64,000 nucleotides of DNA from positions 186,001-250,000 of the IMG/VR virus record IMGVR_UViG_3300024259_002152; one strand, written 5' to 3'. Each line of letters begins with the position of its first letter. Position 1 is the stretch's first letter. Made by a program: the position numbers and the translations under genes. Shown in pieces: positions 28,278 through 38,080 of the stretch. The notes beneath the pieces are model-generated. The model was not told the origin of the DNA and made no database searches. It was given only the letters and a program-made list of their open reading frames with translations.

Positions 28278-29885
28278 GTGCCTATGCTATTTTTATTAAG
28301 GGCTTTAAAATTGTTTTATAATACTCCTGAAGAAGTGCGATATTATTTAGACATCTATAAAAGCTCGTATGAACCAAAAATATTATGTCAAAATGATAAA
28401 GTAAAATATTTTTTTCAGAGAATACAAAAAGAACTTTTTTATTACACTTCCGATGAAAATATAAATCTTATCGATTTTGATGAATTTTCTATTGTTGACA
28501 ATATAAATAGAAATTTTCAAATTTTGCAGATAGGGACATTTGCAGCTCCTCGATTTGTTTGGTCATGTTGGTTAGGATTATTTTTATTACAAAGTCAAAT
28601 TATATATAGTGCTCAGAAAACTCAAGGACCTAATGGAGATACTGTATGGGGAGCGTATCTTAAAACAGTTGTAAGAGATCCTAATGAATTTTTTAAAGAT
28701 TTCTGTCAAAATACGATTGGTGTTGGATATGAAAATGCTAGTTGCGATGGAATGCTATTGCAATTTAATTGGAAAGATATGAATGAATATCTTCATATTA
28801 TAGATAATGAGGATTTTCCAGGTTATAAATGTAAAGTGCAATATTTCAGATTTGATAGTAGAGGGGAAAATAATCATGATTATAATGCAAAGTTATTTAT
28901 AAAAGCGAAAAATAGATTAAGAAAATTTTTATGGGATAATAGTCGTGGGTTTGAGGGATTTGATATATTATTTAACTATTTCGGGGAAATGGGGCTTAAT
29001 GCGGTTCCTTTAGATAACTTTTGTCATTTTTCTTATAAAGAATTGAATCATAAAACTAAAGCATCTGATATAATAAAAATATTAGCTAAAAAGGGTCTTA
29101 CGATATCTTCTCAAAGGGCTAAAAATATACAAACATTTATTGGTGGAATTGTGAGAGATCCATCTTTTACCAATTTTAATTCTATTGGTTTTAGAAGGCT
29201 TATAATAGGAAAATCTATTATTCCAGAGATTGAAGAAAAAAATAGTCATTCTATATCTGTATATTTAACGAGTTTACCAGGGAACAGACGTTCTATATTA
29301 AATACTACTAAAAAAGAAGTTCTGAAAAGATACGGCTATAGTTGTTTTAATAAGGGTAAAAGCGAATTTGATAGTTATGAGTGTGCTTCAGAATATATGC
29401 GTATAAGGACTTGTGCGAAGGTGTTTGGTATGCAATCTAATGAATATATAACTAGTGGGGGCTCAGTGGTATCATGCATCAGAGAACTTAGAAGGAAAAC
29501 AAATTGGGATATTATTTGGGACACATTTGAATTAGATAAAAAAATGTCGTATCATTTTCATCATGTTGTTTTTAAAAAAACTCTTTTATCTAAAGGAGCA
29601 GATTGGATAGATTGTAATGATAGAGCATTTCTTATCCCCATGAATAGTCATGAGCATATTAAAACTCCTCATAATAATGAATATGAAACTACTATCTATA
29701 TGATTCAAAAAGGATGGATCTCTTATTCAGAAGCTTGCTATTTATGGAAAAATATTATGGAAAGAATAATTTCTATGACTCCTCCTGGCGTTAGGGAGAA
29801 TAGCGATCTTATCGGTTATCTCAATACATTAGTTGGTGAATTTTTAAGGGAAGGAATAGATGGCAAAATATCTAGTAATTGTTGA
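28278..29885 (+). CDS. Large hypothetical protein, possible C-terminal HNH-like motif
   Basis: 535 aa; FHHVVFKK...CND...LIPMNSHEHIKTPH near the C-terminus. Confidence 0.45.
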   Translation: MPMLFLLRALKLFYNTPEEVRYYLDIYKSSYEPKILCQNDKVKYFFQRIQKELFYYTSDENINLIDFDEFSIVDNINRNFQILQIGTFAAPRFVWSCWLGLFLLQSQIIYSAQKTQGPNGDTVWGAYLKTVVRDPNEFFKDFCQNTIGVGYENASCDGMLLQFNWKDMNEYLHIIDNEDFPGYKCKVQYFRFDSRGENNHDYNAKLFIKAKNRLRKFLWDNSRGFEGFDILFNYFGEMGLNAVPLDNFCHFSYKELNHKTKASDIIKILAKKGLTISSQRAKNIQTFIGGIVRDPSFTNFNSIGFRRLIIGKSIIPEIEEKNSHSISVYLTSLPGNRRSILNTTKKEVLKRYGYSCFNKGKSEFDSYECASEYMRIRTCAKVFGMQSNEYITSGGSVVSCIRELRRKTNWDIIWDTFELDKKMSYHFHHVVFKKTLLSKGADWIDCNDRAFLIPMNSHEHIKTPHNNEYETTIYMIQKGWISYSEACYLWKNIMERIISMTPPGVRENSDLIGYLNTLVGEFLREGIDGKISSNC

Positions 29886-31860
29886 ATCTCCTAAAAAGAC
29901 AGGATATATTAAGAAATTCCTGGGAAAAGATTATGATGTGACAGCTTCAGTGGGGCATATAGCAGATCTACCGAAGAAAAAAATCGGAGTGAGTATAAAA
30001 GATGATTTTAAACCAACCTACGAAGTAAATGCTGATAAAAAAGATGTAGTTAAAAATATAATAGCTAAAGCTAAAAAAGCAGAACTTGTCTATATAGCAA
30101 CCGATCTTGACAGAGAGGGTGAGGGCATCGCTCAACATATAGCTAATATACTTCCGCAAGGAACTAGTTACAAAAGAATAGTTTATGGTTCAGTTACGAA
30201 AAAAGCAGTAGAAGATGCTATAAAAAATGCTGGAGAGATTAATGGAGATATGGTTGATAGCTATGAATGTAGGAGGATACTTGATAGACTATGCGGCTAT
30301 AAGGCGTCCTTTCCCGTTACTCAAGCTACAGGTGGCCCTTCAGCAGGTAGAGTGCAAAGTGCAGCTTTAAGAGTGCTTGCCGAAAGAGAAAAAGAAATAC
30401 AAAGTTTTGTTCCTCAAGAATATTGGCCTATCGAAGTAGAATTAGAAAGGGAGAATGGAGAAAGAGTAATAGCCATTGTTAAAGTCCCGAAACCTCTGGA
30501 TATAAAGAATGAAAGTGAAGCTAATGCTATTATAGATGTTCTGAAAAAGGAGAAATGGACTGTCTCTAAATATGAAGCAAAAGAAAAATCTAATAGAGCT
30601 TATGCTCCATTCATAACATCTACTCTATATCAGGCAGCTTCTTCTGTTCTTGGTTGGGGGTCTAAAAAAACAGCTTCAGTAGCTCAAATGCTATATGAAC
30701 AAGGAAGCATCACGTATATTCGTAGCGACTCAACATATATTGTTCCTGACTTCGTAGAAGGAATTAGAAGTACAATCCCCACAAAATACGGATGTGATTA
30801 TTTATCTAATAAAATTAATACGTGGTCGAATAAGGCGTCTGCCCAGGAAGCTCATGAAGCTATTAGAATCACCGATACTGCCATAGAGAATGTGGGTGGT
30901 GGGGATACTCGAAAGCTCTACGAACTCATATGGAGACGAACTGTGGCTTCTCAGATGGCAAATATGGTGCAGTTTGCAGGTAGTGCTGAGTTTGATTGTG
31001 ATAAATATAAATTCGGAGCTAATGGAAGTAGAGTTATCTTTGATGGGTGGAAAAAAGTATGGACTTATGGGTCATATTCTGACTCAGTTTTGCCAGAATT
31101 TGTAGTCGGAGAAGAACTGAAACTTGTAAATGTAACAACTGAACAAAAATTTACTTCTCCTCCACCAAGATACTCAGAATCTTCTCTCACAAAAGAATTA
31201 GAAAAAAGAGGAATTGGTCGTCCTAGTACATATGCTTCTATCCCTAATACCTTATTTGCCAGAGGGTATATAGAAAAACAGAAAAATATTATTCATACAA
31301 CGGAGATGGGAGTTAGAGTATCTGATTTTTTAATAGGAGTTGATTTTTGTTTTGTAGATCTAGACTTCACAAAATCTATGGAAGATGATCTTGATAAAAT
31401 AGCCAATAAACAAGCTTGTAAATTACAAGTTTTGACATGTTTTTGGGATAGATTGAAAAGTGATATTGAAAATGCTAAAAAGAAGAGGGAAGAAGATAGT
31501 CAGACTGATTATAAGTGTCCAGAGTGTGGGGCTAATCTCTTAAGAAAGCATAGTAAGTATGGACCATTCTATGCTTGCTCTAACAGAACTAATAAAACCA
31601 TAGAATGTCAATATAAATGTCAGATAGGTGAAAATGGAGAACCATTTGAGCCTCCTAAACCAGAGGTAGAAGAAAGTAGTTTTAATTGCCCTAGTTGTGG
31701 AGAGCTATTGCTTAAAAAGACAAGTAAGAAAAATTGGGAATATCTCAGTTGCCGCAACTGGAATAAGACGGAAGAATGCAAAGGATTTTTTGACAAAGAT
31801 AGTGCGGAGAAAATAGTATTTAAAAAGAAAAAATTTAAAAAATGGAAAAAGAAAAAATGA
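29860..31860 (+). CDS. topA: DNA topoisomerase I (type IA) with C-terminal Zn ribbons
   Basis: LVIVESP, SVGHI, ATDLDREGE, SAGRVQS, ITYIRSDS (catalytic Tyr), QEAHEAIR, GIGRPSTYA, CPECG/CPSCG. Confidence 0.96.
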   Translation: MAKYLVIVESPKKTGYIKKFLGKDYDVTASVGHIADLPKKKIGVSIKDDFKPTYEVNADKKDVVKNIIAKAKKAELVYIATDLDREGEGIAQHIANILPQGTSYKRIVYGSVTKKAVEDAIKNAGEINGDMVDSYECRRILDRLCGYKASFPVTQATGGPSAGRVQSAALRVLAEREKEIQSFVPQEYWPIEVELERENGERVIAIVKVPKPLDIKNESEANAIIDVLKKEKWTVSKYEAKEKSNRAYAPFITSTLYQAASSVLGWGSKKTASVAQMLYEQGSITYIRSDSTYIVPDFVEGIRSTIPTKYGCDYLSNKINTWSNKASAQEAHEAIRITDTAIENVGGGDTRKLYELIWRRTVASQMANMVQFAGSAEFDCDKYKFGANGSRVIFDGWKKVWTYGSYSDSVLPEFVVGEELKLVNVTTEQKFTSPPPRYSESSLTKELEKRGIGRPSTYASIPNTLFARGYIEKQKNIIHTTEMGVRVSDFLIGVDFCFVDLDFTKSMEDDLDKIANKQACKLQVLTCFWDRLKSDIENAKKKREEDSQTDYKCPECGANLLRKHSKYGPFYACSNRTNKTIECQYKCQIGENGEPFEPPKPEVEESSFNCPSCGELLLKKTSKKNWEYLSCRNWNKTEECKGFFDKDSAEKIVFKKKKFKKWKKKK

Positions 31861-32264
31861 ATAAAAAATATGTAAATATAGCTCATTATGATGACAGGGG
31901 AGATCCATCTCCCCCTAATAATTACCGTCCTGAATTAGTAGTTGGTAATTATACCTTTCTTTTAGAGGGTTGTAGAGATGCTTATAATGGTTGTATGCCC
32001 GTAAAAGAGGCATCAAAAATAGCTTATAAAATAGGTTCTCTTTTAAAATTAGAAGTTAAGGACTCGTGGTCGGTAGATACTGAAGTTGTTGGGAAAATAG
32101 AGATATATTATATTTATAAAAATGGCGATAAAATCGCCTATGCCATTGAAAGGAAACCTTATTCCAAAGAACAATGGGATCTTTATATTGGGGAAAATAA
32201 AGAATGTCAAGAATGTGGATCATTAGATGAATGTTTTGAGGTTTTACAAACAAAGGCGAAATGA
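31857..32264 (+). CDS. Hypothetical protein
   Basis: ATGA overlap with the topA stop; CxxC near the C-terminus. Confidence 0.55.
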   Translation: MNKKYVNIAHYDDRGDPSPPNNYRPELVVGNYTFLLEGCRDAYNGCMPVKEASKIAYKIGSLLKLEVKDSWSVDTEVVGKIEIYYIYKNGDKIAYAIERKPYSKEQWDLYIGENKECQECGSLDECFEVLQTKAK

Positions 32265-32279
32265 AATAGAAAAATTCTG

Positions 32280-32489
32280 ATGAAAAAGAACAAAACAATG
32301 GCACGAAAACCACGTAAAGATCGTCATATTTATGATACTAATAGAACGATGGCACGAAGACCTAAAAGAGGTAGTGGATGGTGTAGCAGTTGCGACAGGG
32401 CAATAGTTGGTAATGGTCAAAAATGTCCTGTTTGTAAGGTGAGAAGTGGAACAAGAGGTGATAAAAAAGGAGATAATGAAGAAGAGTGA
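32280..32489 (+). CDS. Small basic Zn-ribbon protein
   Basis: CSSCD...CPVCK; internal duplication MARKPRK/MARRPKR. Confidence 0.55.
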   Translation: MKKNKTMARKPRKDRHIYDTNRTMARRPKRGSGWCSSCDRAIVGNGQKCPVCKVRSGTRGDKKGDNEEE

Positions 32490-32742
32490 TATAAAAATGT
32501 TAGAAGATTTTGATAATCATTTAATTGAATGGACAGAAGAATTTGAAAAAATGATTATAGAAAATATTTGTCCTAAATGTGAGTGGGAGCCAGATTGTGG
32601 TGATTATATAATTTCATATGGTCCGAAGGAATATTCTTACCATTTATCTTTATTATCTTCTTTTCCTCAATATGTTTGGGCTGAGGTCTATGAATGTCCC
32701 AATTGCAATACGGTATTTAAAGTTGAAGCTGAATCTATATAA
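32476..32742 (+). CDS. Small Zn-ribbon protein
   Basis: CPKC...CPNC; AAGGAG SD before ATG 32476. Confidence 0.6.
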   Translation: MKKSDIKMLEDFDNHLIEWTEEFEKMIIENICPKCEWEPDCGDYIISYGPKEYSYHLSLLSSFPQYVWAEVYECPNCNTVFKVEAESI

Positions 32743-32758
32743 TAGAAAAAGAATAAAA

Positions 32759-33445
32759 ATGAAATATCCAATTCCAAAAGATACATATAAGAAAGTAGAA
32801 ATAGATAAAAATATAAGTGTTACAGGTTTTAGATCTACAACTTATGATTTTCAAGATAAACTTATTCCTGATCTTATTCAATTAACTATTCAAACAGATA
32901 CTCATGATGCATCTTTTAAATTTAATATTCGTGGGAGAGATAAAATACTTGAGTTAAAAGAAGTGATTGAGTTTGCATTAGAAATAGATGAAGAAAGGGA
33001 AAGAATTAGACGTGAAAATAATAAAAAGGTAAATGAAGAAATAAGAGATCGTGCAATAGAAAGAGATAAAAAAGCAAATAGAAAAAATGGAGATAGCAAT
33101 GTTCCACGAAATTTAGAAGAATGTTTATCTTTATTTGAAGATTTTTTTACGCCTGAAGGGATTAAAGAAATAAAAAAGATGGACGAAAGAGATATGTGTG
33201 TTTTGCATCATGAAATAGGAAGATGGTTGAGGAATAATTGGGGACTTTGGAGAACTGAATCTAATTTGTGCAAATGGTTTCAAGAACAGGGAGTTTTCCA
33301 TCCAGATGATATGTCTGATATTATTTTGAAATCATTTTGGAGAAAAATGAATGATAAATCTATTAAATTAGATGAACAGATACAATGTTGTAAAATATAT
33401 TGGGAAAAAAGAAACAAATCAGATGATAAAACTTTCGGACATTAA
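32759..33445 (+). CDS. DUF6794-like domain protein
   Basis: HHEIGRWLRNNWGLW...GVFHPDDMSDIILKSFWR; ATG 32759. Confidence 0.7.
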   Translation: MKYPIPKDTYKKVEIDKNISVTGFRSTTYDFQDKLIPDLIQLTIQTDTHDASFKFNIRGRDKILELKEVIEFALEIDEERERIRRENNKKVNEEIRDRAIERDKKANRKNGDSNVPRNLEECLSLFEDFFTPEGIKEIKKMDERDMCVLHHEIGRWLRNNWGLWRTESNLCKWFQEQGVFHPDDMSDIILKSFWRKMNDKSIKLDEQIQCCKIYWEKRNKSDDKTFGH

Positions 33446-34280
33446 AAATATAGCGACTATCATAAAGACAAAATATGGTAATAATCTTTATAAGATGAAT
33501 TTTATATTTTGTGTTCAAAAAGATGCTAATTCATATTTTATTTTCCAAGAAATTCAAGGAATGCCAATTAGAAGAATCGTTTATCATGAATCAAATAATT
33601 CAGTTACTTTTACAGCTAGTTGGTCAGCATGGGCTAATCCATTTGCTATAGTAGCAGATGCTAATTGTGAGCAAATAGAAAATTGGAAAGATGTATTAGA
33701 TAGAAGTAGACCATATAATTCTTATATAGATGTCGAAGGAGGGTTTAATAAACAAGAATGGAAATCAGTTGATAAGATAAATAGAACAGAAAAAAAGAAA
33801 CGCCATAAGCATAAGACAGATACTTTTGTTGAGTTTAGAGTTGATAGGATACAAAGAGCAATTTTTAATGAGTGGGGTTTTGAACTATATAGTCCTACTA
33901 TTAGCATGATAGGTTTCAAATCACGACATTCTTTTCCACATGAAGTTTTTGACGTGCCAGGAACTTCTGACGACGAATTTGACGATGATGGTCCTACATT
34001 AGATGAGAATGAAGTTTTTGCATATGTAACAACGTGGCAAGGAGGAACGTTTCGTATCACAGAATTTGAAAACAATTCTGACGAAATATCTCAAATATCA
34101 GCAGAATCTAATGCATTTTTCAATTATGATCTATCAAGCTATTGGGATATAAATGAGAGTGATGAAGAAAATGAGAAATTCGATGAAGAGATGGCAAGTG
34201 TGTTTCTTGATGAGAGAGAAGATGATGAAACTATTTTTGATGTTGGGCAGAAAAAAGTAAATTTATATTTTGACGATTAA
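33423..34280 (+). CDS. Hypothetical protein with acidic C-terminus
   Basis: Long ORF; ATG 33423 overlaps the upstream gene end. Confidence 0.55.
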   Translation: MIKLSDIKNIATIIKTKYGNNLYKMNFIFCVQKDANSYFIFQEIQGMPIRRIVYHESNNSVTFTASWSAWANPFAIVADANCEQIENWKDVLDRSRPYNSYIDVEGGFNKQEWKSVDKINRTEKKKRHKHKTDTFVEFRVDRIQRAIFNEWGFELYSPTISMIGFKSRHSFPHEVFDVPGTSDDEFDDDGPTLDENEVFAYVTTWQGGTFRITEFENNSDEISQISAESNAFFNYDLSSYWDINESDEENEKFDEEMASVFLDEREDDETIFDVGQKKVNLYFDD

Positions 34281-34301
34281 AAACTTATAGGAGTAAATAG
34301 T

Positions 34302-34835
34302 ATGAATGAATTAGAAGGTATCAGATTGTTTTTGAGCGGACCTATCGATCGGGTTAAAGATGATGGAGTTGGATGGAGAAAAGAATTTCAAGACAAATGT
34401 AAAAAATTACAATTGCCTTTTGATTTTTTCGACCCTTGTCATAAACCAAAAGGGATGGGGTCAGAAATAGGAGATGAAAAAATTAGAATACAGAATTTGA
34501 TGAAAAAAAGAAAATGGGAGCAAGCCCAATCTGAAGTTAAAGTATTCGGAAGATACGACTTAAGGATGGTAGATCTTAGTCATGTTCTTGTTCTTTATTG
34601 TGATATTGACGTCCACCTCTGTGGGTCGTATGAGGAATTCGTAACGGCAAAAAGGCAGCATAAGCCCTGTTTTGTTATTATGGGGGAAGGACAATCGAAA
34701 TATGATATCCCTTCATGGCTTATTCAGCATGTGGATGAAGATGAGGTGTTTAATAATGTAGATGAGTGTGTTGAGCACCTTAAACTGATACATGAAGGTA
34801 AAATAGTTCCTGATGATAGATGGGTGATAGTGTAG
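34302..34835 (+). CDS. Nucleoside 2-deoxyribosyltransferase/nucleotide hydrolase-like protein
   Basis: LFLSGPID, FFDP, YDLRMVDLSHVLV, GSYEEFVTA..QHKP. Confidence 0.72.
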   Translation: MNELEGIRLFLSGPIDRVKDDGVGWRKEFQDKCKKLQLPFDFFDPCHKPKGMGSEIGDEKIRIQNLMKKRKWEQAQSEVKVFGRYDLRMVDLSHVLVLYCDIDVHLCGSYEEFVTAKRQHKPCFVIMGEGQSKYDIPSWLIQHVDEDEVFNNVDECVEHLKLIHEGKIVPDDRWVIV

Positions 34836-34843
34836 ATTTGTAT

Positions 34844-34872
34844 TTGCAAAGTGAAAGTGAATGGATAATAAT
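34844..34872 (+). promoter_or_regulatory. Sigma70-type promoter, motif copy 3 (degenerate)
   Basis: TTGCAA-AGTGAAAGTGAATGGA-TAATAAT. Confidence 0.55.
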
Positions 34873-34924
34873 GATTGACAGAATGAAACGTGTCTTAAAA
34901 TAGATCAAACATAGGAGATTAAAC

Positions 34925-35374
34925 ATGGCACAAGAAAAGCCTAATTACGAAGTAAATGATGAGTTTAATAATATGGCAGTTCAACTTGTCGAAAAGTATG
35001 CAGAAAAGTTTGACAATATTGAAGTTGGCAAAGTTTGCTGTGTTAATTTAACGAACAAAGATCGTAAAGAAGTAGAAGGAGCAGTAGATCGAATATGGAA
35101 GCTCAAAGCAGTCAAGATGCCTGAAGCTATTCATAATCCTTTCGGGTGGTATGTGATCCTTCATTCCAATGATTGGGACGATATGAGCGACAAGCATAAA
35201 CTTGCCCTTGTAGCTGATGTTCTGCATGGAATACCAAATGAGACAGATAACGATGGTAGAGTTAATCCTTGTAACGTTAAGGGCTATCTTCCTGTCTTCG
35301 AGACCTTAGGAATCAAATATCTTGATGATCCTGATATTCCTCATCTTCTTGATGAAGATGTCGTATGGAAGTAG
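34925..35374 (+). CDS. Phage metallopeptidase-like (PhageMetallopep) protein with degenerate metal site
   Basis: WYVILHSNDWDDMSDKHKLALVADVLHGI matches the family pattern except that HELxH is replaced. Confidence 0.55.
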   Translation: MAQEKPNYEVNDEFNNMAVQLVEKYAEKFDNIEVGKVCCVNLTNKDRKEVEGAVDRIWKLKAVKMPEAIHNPFGWYVILHSNDWDDMSDKHKLALVADVLHGIPNETDNDGRVNPCNVKGYLPVFETLGIKYLDDPDIPHLLDEDVVWK

Positions 35375-35377
35375 ACT

Positions 35378-35596
35378 ATGTATAGAATAGATAAATTTTT
35401 ACAATACTACAATAGTCTCAAGGGTGTTGATATGGAAATCTCTCCAGGGGTTTGGGTCCATGCCCGACCCCTACCATTTTATTATAGTCTTTTCACAAAA
35501 GGATTTTGGAGAGAAAGAAAACAAAGAAAAAAAGATGCTAGAGCTGTCCTGAGGGGAGAAGCAATAGCAGTGACATGGAATTTAGATAAGGATTAA
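35378..35596 (+). CDS. Small hypothetical protein
   Basis: 72-aa ORF in operon spacing. Confidence 0.55.
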   Translation: MYRIDKFLQYYNSLKGVDMEISPGVWVHARPLPFYYSLFTKGFWRERKQRKKDARAVLRGEAIAVTWNLDKD

Positions 35597-35598
35597 AA

Positions 35599-36057
35599 AT
35601 GGCAAAGTTTCAATTATGGTCAAGAGATGAGTATGGACAAGGTAGCATTATAATGACCTCAGAAGATATAGATGAGGTTATTAAGAGAGGTAAGCAGGAA
35701 GTTACTGATCTTAATGTTCAAAATGCTTTAACTTCTACTGATAGAGAAAATAACTGGGAAGCATATTTTGTAAATGTCAAAACTTCGGCAAAACGTTCTC
35801 AAACAAAATATGCTTATGGATCAACTGATGTTCATACTAAGGATAGGGTTTATGCTATTGCAGATAGTGGTGTAAAATCTATTATACTTTCGGAAGTTCC
35901 GAAAGCAGTTGTTGAGATTTATCTTGGTAATATTTCTACGAAGAGAAAAGAGGAGAAAGATTGGATCGGGACAGATTTGAGAGCCAGACCAATTGACAAT
36001 GTAGATCATCCTGATTTACAAGGTAAGACATTGTTTTTTGTTAAGAAGGTTGGATAA
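35599..36057 (+). CDS. Hypothetical protein
   Basis: 152-aa ORF with SD, coupled to the next gene. Confidence 0.6.
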   Translation: MAKFQLWSRDEYGQGSIIMTSEDIDEVIKRGKQEVTDLNVQNALTSTDRENNWEAYFVNVKTSAKRSQTKYAYGSTDVHTKDRVYAIADSGVKSIILSEVPKAVVEIYLGNISTKRKEEKDWIGTDLRARPIDNVDHPDLQGKTLFFVKKVG

Positions 36058-36473
36058 TGGCAAAAAAATTTGATAGTGTAAAAGATAGTGGAGCGCGTGA
36101 GGAATTCTCTACAGGAGCCAGGAGAGATACGCAGGAAGGTAAGGGACGTTTTGACTTGTTGCCTATTAATGCGATGTTTCGGTTGTCTCGTCATTTTGAG
36201 AACGGAGCCGTGAAATATGGAGATTCAAATTGGCTCAAGGGTATACCCTTAAAGAGGTATTTAGATTCCCTATTAAGGCATACTTTCAAATTTGCGGGAG
36301 GTTTAGAAGGGGAAGATCATCTGTGTGCGATTATCTGGAACGCTTGTTGTTTATTGGAAACTCAAGAACTTATTAGACAAGGAAAATTGCCAAAAGAACT
36401 TGATAATTTGCCAGATCCCGTTTTGGACCCAAAGGAATTTAATGAGGAGATAAGAGATTCTGATTCCAAGTAA
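36057..36473 (+). CDS. dATP/dGTP diphosphohydrolase-domain protein (DUF5664)
   Basis: KDSGAREEFSTGARRD..GKGRFDLLP, GAVKYGDSNWLKGIP, YLDSLLRH, EDHL..IIWNA. Confidence 0.88.
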   Translation: MAKKFDSVKDSGAREEFSTGARRDTQEGKGRFDLLPINAMFRLSRHFENGAVKYGDSNWLKGIPLKRYLDSLLRHTFKFAGGLEGEDHLCAIIWNACCLLETQELIRQGKLPKELDNLPDPVLDPKEFNEEIRDSDSK

Positions 36474-36550
36474 TTAAAATGAAGGATTTTTTTCAATATA
36501 GTCGTTCAGCGATTAATAGGACGACGAAATCAAATAGAAAGGTTATGTAA

Positions 36551-36841
36551 ATGAAAAATTTAACTATCGGTATCGACGTTAATGGTATTGGAATAATAGA
36601 GATGTCTGTAATAGCTTTGCAGGTTTATGATAGGAAAGAAATAACAAAGGAACAATTGTCAAAAATTATCGAAATAGATTTTGATAAAGGGGAACGAACT
36701 GGCAAAGGTTATCCAGGAGATAGTGCCACACCATGCGCATTGTCTCATTTAGTAATACAACTGTATGATAGGGAGTTGATAACAAAAAACATTTTGTTAA
36801 AAATGCTATTTGGAATGGAAGCAGAGGTCCAAAATGATTAA
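36551..36841 (+). CDS. Hypothetical protein with internal duplicated motif
   Basis: LQVYDRKEITKEQL and IQLYDRELITKNIL recur. Confidence 0.55.
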   Translation: MKNLTIGIDVNGIGIIEMSVIALQVYDRKEITKEQLSKIIEIDFDKGERTGKGYPGDSATPCALSHLVIQLYDRELITKNILLKMLFGMEAEVQND

Positions 36842-37151
36842 AGTTAAAGAAGCAGAAGTATGTCTTTCAGAGACAACGGTTAGGGAATTATTAAGAGCAA
36901 TCGAAGAAGCGAAGAAGACTATTGTTTTCTCAGGAGAGATGAAACCCATGCCTGATGGGGATATGTCCACATATCAATATGAATTGGAGCAAAGAAAAAG
37001 AGGAAATATCATAGTCTCTTCTCCTCATGGAGATATAAAATTTAGAGTTGAGGTAGAAACCCTCCCTAATACTCAAGAAAGTTTAGGATACAAATTAGAA
37101 AAACCGAAAGAACTAGAAGAGTCTAATTGGTCTGATGTAAGTATTTATTGA
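36834..37151 (+). CDS. Hypothetical protein
   Basis: ORF coupled to the upstream gene; ATG 36834. Confidence 0.5.
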   Translation: MIKVKEAEVCLSETTVRELLRAIEEAKKTIVFSGEMKPMPDGDMSTYQYELEQRKRGNIIVSSPHGDIKFRVEVETLPNTQESLGYKLEKPKELEESNWSDVSIY

Positions 37152-37168
37152 AAGTGAAGGAATAAAAA

Positions 37169-37396
37169 ATGAAAGTTTGGATAAGCAGAGATAACATGGA
37201 TAGTGTAAGGGATATTATAAAAGTATGGGAAAGAAAACCCAACAAGACAAGCGATAGTTGCTTTTATGATTCAATTTCTAGTAGCTCAGGGTGGTTAATC
37301 ATGTCTGCGAATGATTTTAAGGAGAGGTTTGGTTTCCGTCCTCGCAAAGGAAGCTGTAAAGAATATAATCTAGTGCTGGCAGCCCTTCGTAGATAG
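37169..37396 (+). CDS. Small hypothetical protein
   Basis: 75-aa ORF, AAGGA SD. Confidence 0.55.
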   Translation: MKVWISRDNMDSVRDIIKVWERKPNKTSDSCFYDSISSSSGWLIMSANDFKERFGFRPRKGSCKEYNLVLAALRR

Positions 37397-37408
37397 AAGA
37401 TAATAAAA

Positions 37409-37828
37409 ATGACATTTAGTAAAACTCTATTAACAGAAATTCAACAAAAAGTTCATCCAAATTGTGTAATATGCAGTCAGAATAACCCAAAAGGATTAAA
37501 ATTAGATTTTAAATTATCAGATGATGGAAGTATTTCATCTATATTTAATTTTGGTAAAGAATACGAAGGGCATAGTGGTGTTTTACATGGGGGCATAATT
37601 TCAGCTATTTTAGATGGAGCCATGGGTAATTGTTTATTTGCTCATGGGCACGTAACTTACACAGCAGATTTTCGTTTACGTTTCAAACATGCGGTCCTTA
37701 TAGGTAAACCTTTAACAGCACATGCGTGGATCACCAAAGTTAGACCGCCTCTATATAAAACCAAAGCAGAAATTTATCAAGACACTATGATAAAAGTAAT
37801 TGCAACCGCTAAATTTATGGAGAAGTAA
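37409..37828 (+). CDS. PaaI-family thioesterase (HotDog fold)
   Basis: HPNCVICSQNNPKGL, GHSGVLHGGIISAILDGAMG, TADFRLRFK. Confidence 0.88.
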   Translation: MTFSKTLLTEIQQKVHPNCVICSQNNPKGLKLDFKLSDDGSISSIFNFGKEYEGHSGVLHGGIISAILDGAMGNCLFAHGHVTYTADFRLRFKHAVLIGKPLTAHAWITKVRPPLYKTKAEIYQDTMIKVIATAKFMEK

Positions 37829-37831
37829 AAA

Positions 37832-38080
37832 ATGAAAATTATTATGGTTCTCTATCCTGATTGGGATGCTATTTATGTAGATGGTATTTGTAAAAAAGAG
37901 AATGATAATTTAAGTGCGGGAGATATTCTTGAAATATTGGAAAATTATCTTCCCTGTTCTATAGAGAGTATCGAAACAAAAGAGGTAGATGAGGGGTGGT
38001 GGGAACAAAGATATAATAAAGGTATAGATTGCTACCCTGAAAAAATTGAAGATATAGTTTTTCAGAATGAGGAAAGTTGA
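37832..38080 (+). CDS. Small hypothetical protein
   Basis: 82-aa ORF; DWDAIYVDG motif. Confidence 0.55.
   Translation: MKIIMVLYPDWDAIYVDGICKKENDNLSAGDILEILENYLPCSIESIETKEVDEGWWEQRYNKGIDCYPEKIEDIVFQNEES

Noticed and set aside
37148-37175. Seventh copy of the promoter motif (TTGAAAGTGAAGG)
   Set aside because: No TATAAT-like hexamer 16-17 nt downstream; it coincides with a stop codon and the next SD.
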